The position numbers were made by a program, and so were the translations under genes. The notes below the pieces were generated by a model, which was not told the origin of the DNA, did no database searches, and saw only the letters and a list, made by a program, of their open reading frames with translations. Of a stretch of 64,000 nucleotides of DNA, positions 57,234 through 64,000 are shown in pieces; the stretch's first letter is position 1, and every line of letters starts with the position of its first letter. The stretch comes from a virus: positions 1 through 64,000 of the IMG/VR virus record IMGVR_UViG_3300042260_000483; one strand, given 5' to 3'.

Positions 57234-57957
57234 AGTAATTTTTTATATGATTCCAAATTTGTCTTATAATATTTCTTTTGTTAGTATGTCCACCCATCTT
57301 AGGACCAGTAAAGTGCCAGATATATGAATCATTTACAAACGAACCATCCTCATACTCATGCATGACCATATTATTCCAAATATATTCTAAATGATGAATT
57401 TCAGTTGGAAACAATTCATATGCTATAATATTAACAGGAGTTTGTTCACAAGCATTTGGTCCTTGTGGTCCGATTTTGTAAAAGAATGACCAATAATCAT
57501 AATACTTAGGCATCTGTTCTCTAATTGCTAAATATTTTTTCTTTGATAAAAATACAAATCCCGTATTAAAGTATTTATCTGCCGGAGTTTTTATATCAGG
57601 GTTAATTCTAATCCATTGTTGTAAATGACGATGTCCAGAAAATTCTCCACCTGCATCTGCTACAACACACATTTCATAATCTTTAGCAACTTCGAATATA
57701 TTTGGGGTATCCCATCTAACCATAGTATCTGCATCTACGATTAAAACTTTATCATATTCCAAATCAACTAAACGATTATCAAACCAGGGTTCAAAACATC
57801 CGTTTCCCCATGGCTCGAAATCATATACTTTTTTTTCATTTGCAATAATCAATTCAATATTCCACTTATTGCAATACCATTTCCAGGATTCAATACATTC
57901 TGGTAATTGAGTATTAAATCCATTATACGCAGGTATAAAGATTATATTTTTACTCAT
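57214..57957 (-). CDS. GT8-like glycosyltransferase
   Basis: VDADTMV, YFNTGFV, EQTPVN, WN, IWHF; start adjusted to MSKNII. Confidence 0.75.
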   Translation of the reverse strand: MSKNIIFIPAYNGFNTQLPECIESWKWYCNKWNIELIIANEKKVYDFEPWGNGCFEPWFDNRLVDLEYDKVLIVDADTMVRWDTPNIFEVAKDYEMCVVADAGGEFSGHRHLQQWIRINPDIKTPADKYFNTGFVFLSKKKYLAIREQMPKYYDYWSFFYKIGPQGPNACEQTPVNIIAYELFPTEIHHLEYIWNNMVMHEYEDGSFVNDSYIWHFTGPKMGGHTNKRNIIRQIWNHIKNYYEKTTN

Positions 57958-58586
57958 CTCTGAATTGTTTCGTAATAATCGTTTTGTTTTTCCTGTCTTT
58001 GAATTTCTTTTGGATGGTATAAACACCAATCTTCTTCAGTTGGGAAATTTGAAAATGTGGTGTAACCTGTGATGGTTTCGTGAACTTTATTCATCCACAC
58101 AACGTCATCGGTTCTTTTGTAAATTCTCAATTGGTAATCGGGAAAATTTACCCAACCTTTTTCATTTACATTCCATCCCCATTTTTTAATGTGAGATTCG
58201 GTTAATCCTTCAACGGTATTGATACGTGGAACGAATACTACATCTACTGGGTTGGATTCTAATACTTGAGGTAAATACTCAATTAATGTCTGATGTGGAA
58301 TTTCATCTGCATCAATTTGAAAAATATAATCCTTACTACAATGTGATTTTAGATTATTTTTAAAAGTTGCAAAATCATTATTAAGTGGAAATGAAATAAG
58401 TGTATGATTATCTTGCATCATATCCATTACATTCAAATATTCTTTGACTTCTTGAGTAGCAGATGTTGAATCATATTGAATTACAACTTCATCTTCTGGT
58501 CTTATATGTAATTGTAAAAAGTTTAGTAATTTAACTATTTCTTCTAATTCATTACAAACCGTTATTGCGTAACTTATACTAATCAT
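57954..58586 (-). CDS. GT2 family glycosyltransferase
   Basis: ISYAITVCNE, FQIDADE, PDYQLR, VHE. Confidence 0.85.
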   Translation of the reverse strand: MISISYAITVCNELEEIVKLLNFLQLHIRPEDEVVIQYDSTSATQEVKEYLNVMDMMQDNHTLISFPLNNDFATFKNNLKSHCSKDYIFQIDADEIPHQTLIEYLPQVLESNPVDVVFVPRINTVEGLTESHIKKWGWNVNEKGWVNFPDYQLRIYKRTDDVVWMNKVHETITGYTTFSNFPTEEDWCLYHPKEIQRQEKQNDYYETIQR

Positions 58587-59340
58587 TTTTTTTAATTTCT
58601 TTGTAAATACTATTTGCTATTATGTGATGACCTTCTAAAATTAAATGATTATCACCTTTATTTAAATTCTTATCAGAAAAATAATTTTCAATAACCAACA
58701 ACGGATGATTTTCACTCAAATCATCGGTTGATGTGTATTCGTTTTCTTTATATTTTAAGGTTACAAAGTTTGAATATAATTTATGAGTTTTTAAAACTTC
58801 AACTGAATCTTTGGGGTATGCTATTATATAAACTAATACTCCATTTGATTCTAAAAAAGTTTTAAATTCATATAATTTATCATAGAAATAAGTGTATGAA
58901 TCTTTAAGAATAGTATCATTATCCAACCCAAGCACTTGTCTTTCATATTCCAACGTAGAATAATCAGTTTTTTCTAATATCTCACCCGATGGTAATTTAA
59001 ATATAAATGGGTCTCTAGAAAATTCTGTAAGTTGAAATACGCAAATTTTATAATTTTCTAAATTAGAAGGATTGTTATAGAATTCAGTAGCAAAAGTTAA
59101 TGATTCCATATTAGAACCACCATTTCTTGATTTAGTAATATATTCAACTCCTAATTGGTTAGCCAATAAAGCAGGCCAACGATTTTGGTATATAAAATTT
59201 AATTGAGCATCATCTAATGTTTTAAGTGAATCTGGAAACTGAGGTCTATCCTGTTTCCATACCACCGAATCTAAACCTGAAAAGAATTGTAATGATTCTC
59301 CCCAAGTGAATGAACATCCTAATGCTAGTATATTATTCAT
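58579..59340 (-). CDS. SGNH-like paralogue
   Basis: LGCSFTWGESL, NRWP, NGGSN, DNH..GH. Confidence 0.7.
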   Translation of the reverse strand: MNNILALGCSFTWGESLQFFSGLDSVVWKQDRPQFPDSLKTLDDAQLNFIYQNRWPALLANQLGVEYITKSRNGGSNMESLTFATEFYNNPSNLENYKICVFQLTEFSRDPFIFKLPSGEILEKTDYSTLEYERQVLGLDNDTILKDSYTYFYDKLYEFKTFLESNGVLVYIIAYPKDSVEVLKTHKLYSNFVTLKYKENEYTSTDDLSENHPLLVIENYFSDKNLNKGDNHLILEGHHIIANSIYKEIKKND

Positions 59341-59857
59341 TTACTCCCTTTTCTGCAACTTCAGTTTGAATCGTATCTCTTTGAGTTGTGGTAGTTCCAC
59401 CCTCTTTAAATAACGTTCGTAAAAATCCTTCTTCAAATCTAATCTCCCAAACATTCTGAATATTATCTAAAATATAAGTTCTATAATTAGCCATTTTAGA
59501 TGAATATACTTTTGAATTCGTTTTTATATAAGTTTCAAATAATTGTTTACCATCGTTTGAAAATAATTTTAACAATTCTTCTAATGCTTGATCTGATTTT
59601 ATGGGGATTCGTTTATCTCTTAATTTATTTATAAGATTTGTAAAATCAATTGGTTTAACATCATTTAATTTAATACAATGTATTTTACCATCAATTTTAC
59701 CAATAACAAATACATAACGAGATTGATCACCAACTTTAGTAGGAGGTGTTCCACCTGCATAAGTAGAAATTCGATAAATGTTTCTGGGTTTTATCTCACC
59801 TTTACTTACCCTAACTTCCGGTTTTAAAAATTGTTTATACTGACCTGTGTATGCCAT
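59333..59857 (-). CDS. hypothetical phage protein
   Basis: ORF; start adjusted to MAYTG. Confidence 0.7.
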   Translation of the reverse strand: MAYTGQYKQFLKPEVRVSKGEIKPRNIYRISTYAGGTPPTKVGDQSRYVFVIGKIDGKIHCIKLNDVKPIDFTNLINKLRDKRIPIKSDQALEELLKLFSNDGKQLFETYIKTNSKVYSSKMANYRTYILDNIQNVWEIRFEEGFLRTLFKEGGTTTTQRDTIQTEVAEKGVNE

Positions 59858-59858
59858 T

Positions 59859-61121
59859 TTATAATTTTTTAATTTCAGGTAATTTAAGTTCAACTTTCTG
59901 TTTTATCGTTACATATTTATCAAATACATTTTTCATTACTTCATGCATCTTTGATAAAGAAAACTTATTTACAATATTAGTTTTCAATCCTGCAGATTTC
60001 TTTAAATGTTTATTGTAGTTTTTATGTAAATCTAAAATTGATTGTGCTGCTTTTGTATAATCGACTGAAAACCATTTTGATTCTTTTAGTAAAAATTGAT
60101 TAGATGCAGATTGATGCACCGGTGTTAATTCACCTTCTAAATATATTGTATTTTCTGCTGGTAAGAAATCAATCAATCCACTCCAATTTGAAACTAAAAT
60201 TGGTTTACCCGTAGTTGCAAATTCTGCAAGAGGTCTTCCATACCCTTCACCTTTAGTAAATGAAATCATCGCCTTTACTTTTGGGTGATGATATAAATCA
60301 CTCATATTTGATTCGGATAAATCACCGAATAACAAATAAATTGGAGGACACTTATCACCAAATTCTTTAGTAAGTTGGTTAATTTTATTTGCAACGATTT
60401 CTCTATCTCCTACCGAAAATCCTGCCATTGAGGTTTTCAAAATAAGACCAGGTTGTTTATCTTTAGCAACATTTTTAAAGACGGTGCAGAATGTTTTTAT
60501 CATCATACCCACATCTTTTCTATCTTGTCCTAAATCACCTTGTAACCAATGACCTACATACAAATAATTAAAATCAGTTTTAATATCAGATAAAACATCT
60601 ACATCTGATGTTGGAGTTAAAAACGTATCTAAATCGACACCTTCAAATACAACTTCAATTGGAGTAGATACTTTAATATCTCTAATTTTTTGTTTTGTTT
60701 GGTTATTTACTTCGGTGAATGTAGTAGTTTCTAATACTTGTTTTGTAAATTCTGATGGAACTAAAACTAAATCCATTAAATTACACCCATCGATAAATTC
60801 TTTAGGTGCTATTGTAGTTTCTACACCCGCAGTTACTCCAATATTATATTTACCAACTTTTTTGAATTCATTTGCAACTGAAACTTGCACAAATACATCG
60901 GGTTGTCTATCCAATGTAACTGCAATATTTTGTAGTATTTTTTGACCAAATTCGGTTGATGGGTCTAATTGATTTTGTGGGGTTGTTCCCCATCTTGTTG
61001 GAACAATTTTCACATCAAATTTATCCATTGCAAATATAGATTTTAATAAATCTCTAGAATGGTCTCCATAACCACTACGGGTTGCAATTGGTGCTTGAAA
61101 TAACAATAATGGTTTATTCAT
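59859..61121 (-). CDS. GT4 (GT-B) glycosyltransferase
   Basis: SGYG, RKDV, KGEGYGRPLAEF. Confidence 0.85.
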   Translation of the reverse strand: MNKPLLLFQAPIATRSGYGDHSRDLLKSIFAMDKFDVKIVPTRWGTTPQNQLDPSTEFGQKILQNIAVTLDRQPDVFVQVSVANEFKKVGKYNIGVTAGVETTIAPKEFIDGCNLMDLVLVPSEFTKQVLETTTFTEVNNQTKQKIRDIKVSTPIEVVFEGVDLDTFLTPTSDVDVLSDIKTDFNYLYVGHWLQGDLGQDRKDVGMMIKTFCTVFKNVAKDKQPGLILKTSMAGFSVGDREIVANKINQLTKEFGDKCPPIYLLFGDLSESNMSDLYHHPKVKAMISFTKGEGYGRPLAEFATTGKPILVSNWSGLIDFLPAENTIYLEGELTPVHQSASNQFLLKESKWFSVDYTKAAQSILDLHKNYNKHLKKSAGLKTNIVNKFSLSKMHEVMKNVFDKYVTIKQKVELKLPEIKKL

Positions 61122-61389
61122 TTTCTTCTCTTTTTCTTTGTTCTTCTTCTTGTCTTAAACACCTTTCGATGGATAATTCAATTAACTTTGTAATATTTTC
61201 TAATTTATCAGGTTCATTTGGTGCGTTATACATCTCAAATACAGTCGATTCAACTTCTCTATCCGCAAGAACCATTACATGGTAATCTTCACATAATTCT
61301 CTATTTTTGTAAATAGCCTCACGAGATGATTCGATTTGTTGAGGTGACCAAGTTCCTGGCATTCTAATGATGAATATTGGTTTACTCAT
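61114..61389 (-). CDS. hypothetical protein
   Basis: ORF track. Confidence 0.65.
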   Translation of the reverse strand: MSKPIFIIRMPGTWSPQQIESSREAIYKNRELCEDYHVMVLADREVESTVFEMYNAPNEPDKLENITKLIELSIERCLRQEEEQRKREENE

Positions 61390-62780
61390 TATCTTAGTTT
61401 ATATAAGTTATATCTATCTTTTGGTTTCCAATTTTTCATTGCGGTTTCCATACCATCAACTAATGTTTTACACATATTAGTATTTGATAACCCACCTTCG
61501 TTCAACATCCACTCTCTACCTTTCAATCCTGCTTGTTGACGTTCTTCTGGTGTTTTTTCATACCAATATCTCATTGCATCTGCAACTTCGTAAATATCCA
61601 CCTTATCATCGATAATATATGGAGTTGGAACTGAACCTACTAATGTTTGAACTTTTGGGAATACTGGTTTAACCCATTCACCATGTGTAACTTTAGATGC
61701 CCATTTTCTCCAATCATGCAATGAACCATGTTCTACATAATCATCTGCAGTGAATTCTTTACCATTTAGTTTAAATCCACACTGGTCTTGTAATCCACCT
61801 GTTACGTTTACAATAATAGGAGTTCCTGCCATTACAGATTCTGCAGTAACCAATCCAAATCCCTCATTACCTGCAATGTTAATTGTAACATCGGCAAGAT
61901 TGTGAATTAAATTTAATTGATCTTGATTAACTCTGTTTGTTGAGAAAACTACATCATAATCTGGGCAAATGGTTTCTTTTACTGCATATAAATCAGTTCC
62001 GTTTTCATCCACCGGTTGAGTATGCATTAATAAACATACTTTATCACGTTTTTCTTTTGGTAATCCATCTACGAATCTCTTATATGCCCAAATTACATCG
62101 GATGGTTGTTTACGTCTGATATTTCGGTTCATCCAAAATAAAACAAAATCGTATTCTTTATCTCCAAATAATTCTTTTTTAAATTCAGTAGGAACTTCAA
62201 CTGGTTTGAATGTTTCTGAATTGATACCATGAGGAACATACGAAACTTGCCAATCTTCTAATGGTTTAGTGGTTGGAGTTTTAATTGCACCTACGCGTTT
62301 TACAATACCATATGTTTGTTTTGAAATACATCCTAACCAATCACAACTTTCGTAATAATCTCTGTTGTATTTCGGGTCTGGCAAATCATCCCAAATATGA
62401 TAGAAGAAAATAGGAATGTTTTGTCTTAATTCTGCTTCCATTTCATATAACCATCTCCAATATCTCGGGTCTGTAAAATGAAGGATTGCATCTGGTTGAT
62501 GTTTCATTATAAGTTCTCTTAAAATGTTAGCATCACCATAACCACTCCACGGAACAATTTTAAGGGATGCATCTTCAACACCACTTATTTTACGTGCATC
62601 ATCACCTAAATCAAGTTCTTTACCTTTGTCGGGGTGATTTATTGCGGCTCCCAATTGAACCCAATCGTATTTGTCAAATGTGCCAAAAACTAATTCTTTT
62701 GATACGGTTGCGATACCAGATGACATTCTTAAGTCATCGGATAGTAAAAGAATCTTTTTTTTCTTTCTTACTTCTGTCAT
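61389..62780 (-). CDS. GT4 (GT-B) glycosyltransferase
   Basis: VPHGIN, NRNIRRKQ, NEGFGLVTAESVMAGTP. Confidence 0.85.
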   Translation of the reverse strand: MTEVRKKKKILLLSDDLRMSSGIATVSKELVFGTFDKYDWVQLGAAINHPDKGKELDLGDDARKISGVEDASLKIVPWSGYGDANILRELIMKHQPDAILHFTDPRYWRWLYEMEAELRQNIPIFFYHIWDDLPDPKYNRDYYESCDWLGCISKQTYGIVKRVGAIKTPTTKPLEDWQVSYVPHGINSETFKPVEVPTEFKKELFGDKEYDFVLFWMNRNIRRKQPSDVIWAYKRFVDGLPKEKRDKVCLLMHTQPVDENGTDLYAVKETICPDYDVVFSTNRVNQDQLNLIHNLADVTINIAGNEGFGLVTAESVMAGTPIIVNVTGGLQDQCGFKLNGKEFTADDYVEHGSLHDWRKWASKVTHGEWVKPVFPKVQTLVGSVPTPYIIDDKVDIYEVADAMRYWYEKTPEERQQAGLKGREWMLNEGGLSNTNMCKTLVDGMETAMKNWKPKDRYNLYKLR

Positions 62781-62789
62781 TTAATTTAA

Positions 62790-62996
62790 TTAAAATTGTG
62801 AACCACTAGCGTGTAATTCGTTGTAACTATTAATTTCGTTTCTAAATTGTTCATCTTCGGTATATTTTTCCAAAGAACGATTAACTAATTTTTGTAAGGT
62901 AATGTTTGAATCGAATGAAACTTTTTTAAATTTTGCATAAACATCGTGAATGATTTTCACCGTTGTTAATTTTGTGTTTGTGTTTGGGTTTGCCAT
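62790..62996 (-). CDS. ribbon-helix-helix-like DNA-binding protein
   Basis: TTVKI..VYAKFK...ITLQKLVNRSL. Confidence 0.55.
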   Translation of the reverse strand: MANPNTNTKLTTVKIIHDVYAKFKKVSFDSNITLQKLVNRSLEKYTEDEQFRNEINSYNELHASGSQF

Positions 62997-63055
62997 AACT
63001 CTCTCTCTTGTTTTTTGTTATGTATATAAATATATACAAATATAAAAAAGAGAAA

Positions 63056-63913
63056 TTATTTCCAAAGAGGACAAAGTTTTCGTGTCTTAAATTCACACCA
63101 ATCACATGCTTTTCCCTTATTAGTTGGGAAATCGGTAGTCTTAATTAAACCACCATCATCATATACAGAATCAACAAATTCCATAAACCCTTTCCATGCA
63201 GCATTAACTGAAGGTTTACCATGGGGAGGAATGAATTTAGAAATGCGTGGGATTGGGTATTCAAAATCTTCGTTAATCTTACGTTTAAGAATTTGATACT
63301 CTACTTTGATTTTGTCTAATGAAACGTTGTATTTTTCTGAATAGAATTTTTTATACAACAACATTTGAGATGTTTTTACTTTATCATTCTTTTGATATTT
63401 TGACCAACCAGATGTTGATGTTTTTAAATCCACAATGATAATATCACCTGATGATAAATCTTTCAACACAATATCAATAAATCCAATGAAATGAACACCG
63501 GGTTTTACTTCTGCGTTCAATGCCATCTCGATTGCAACTAATTCGAATCCACTTTTAGTGTATAGTTTATCCAATTTAGTTTTAAAGTAATGTAAGATAT
63601 GTCTTCCATCTCCGAAGAATTCTTCTAACTCTTCTTTGGTACAAGGTGTTCCCTCACTCATCTTCTCCTTTTCAGCAGTAAAGTGTTCTACCAATTTATC
63701 TTTTAACATTGTTTCTAAATCCAATGTTAATGCCTGTTTTTTAGATACACCATACATTACACTTAAAAAATGTTGAATGGTTTCGTGCATCGCAGAACCA
63801 AAGATTGTGTGAATGTTCGCTGAACTTTCTCCTAACTTGTCAATATAGTTCAATTTAAATTGTTGAGGACATGAACTCCACATACCATATTGAGAATAAC
63901 TTACTCTTGCCAT
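63056..63913 (-). CDS. PD-(D/E)XK exonuclease (RecB/Cas4-like, Fe-S cysteines)
   Basis: SYS..CP, FGSAMHE, GFIDIV..VDLKT, Q..LY, CDWCEF...C. Confidence 0.85.
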   Translation of the reverse strand: MARVSYSQYGMWSSCPQQFKLNYIDKLGESSANIHTIFGSAMHETIQHFLSVMYGVSKKQALTLDLETMLKDKLVEHFTAEKEKMSEGTPCTKEELEEFFGDGRHILHYFKTKLDKLYTKSGFELVAIEMALNAEVKPGVHFIGFIDIVLKDLSSGDIIIVDLKTSTSGWSKYQKNDKVKTSQMLLYKKFYSEKYNVSLDKIKVEYQILKRKINEDFEYPIPRISKFIPPHGKPSVNAAWKGFMEFVDSVYDDGGLIKTTDFPTNKGKACDWCEFKTRKLCPLWK

Positions 63914-63925
63914 AACTTTATTTTT

Positions 63926-63964
63926 ATACTACAAATATACGAATAATATTTGTAAATTCCTAAT
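63926..63964 (-). promoter_or_regulatory. Bacteroidota-type promoter
   Basis: sense TTAG-N20-TATATTTG. Confidence 0.65.
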
Positions 63965-64000
63965 TTATTCCGAAAAAGATTCTACAAGCATACTATCAAA

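Noticed and set aside
59333-59857. Similarity to T4 gp2 DNA end protector
   Set aside because: Only a vague resemblance; diagnostic motifs not recognisable
836-62809. All plus-strand ORFs in the track
   Set aside because: They are antisense shadows of minus-strand genes or short ORFs with Ser/Phe/Ile-rich, motif-free translations
63056-63913. Cas4-like nuclease as evidence of CRISPR-Cas
   Set aside because: No array or other cas genes in the window; stand-alone PD-(D/E)XK exonucleases are common in phages
1-64000. Stop-codon reassignment (as in Lak or crAss-like phages)
   Set aside because: Genes are intact and densely packed in the standard code; TAG and TGA both terminate genes next to downstream starts
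1-64000. tRNA/rRNA genes, integrase, transposase, reverse transcriptase or DGR
   Set aside because: No T-loop/cloverleaf, catalytic motifs or TR/VR pair seen by eye; a tRNAscan/Infernal run would be needed to exclude them fully

Overview
AT-rich 64 kb segment of a large dsDNA phage genome (standard code; essentially all real genes on the minus strand). The host is most likely Bacteroidota, based on about 18 TTTG-N~20-TAnnTT(T/A)G promoter elements, DUF4494 and signal peptides cleaved before Gln. From left to right: (1) a tandem array of diverged small paralogues (0.1-2.6 kb); (2) early gene cassettes each led by a repeated ~55 bp promoter/leader, and a ~1 kb non-coding regulatory block; (3) glycan-modification genes (GT8/GT2/GT4/GT10-like, DegT, 2OG oxygenase, HldE-like kinase, sulfotransferase-like, CysC, amidinotransferase) interleaved with eight SGNH-like paralogues; (4) adenine salvage genes, a MoxR-AAA/vWA pair and a DNA methyltransferase fused to NUMOD-like repeats; (5) proteins sharing an N-terminal M-I-K-L-x-D-(I/L)-L-x-E leader and internal ESVNE linkers, including an Acb1-like 2H phosphoesterase, which I interpret as capsid-loaded, protease-processed effectors; (6) an exported envelope module (beta-barrel, two CsgG-like proteins, cohesin/dockerin/lectin proteins, lipoproteins) surrounding a GH19 endolysin; (7) a glycosyltransferase block and a PD-(D/E)XK nuclease. 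I saw no tRNA, rRNA or CRISPR array. All family assignments are from motif recognition by eye; no searches were run.
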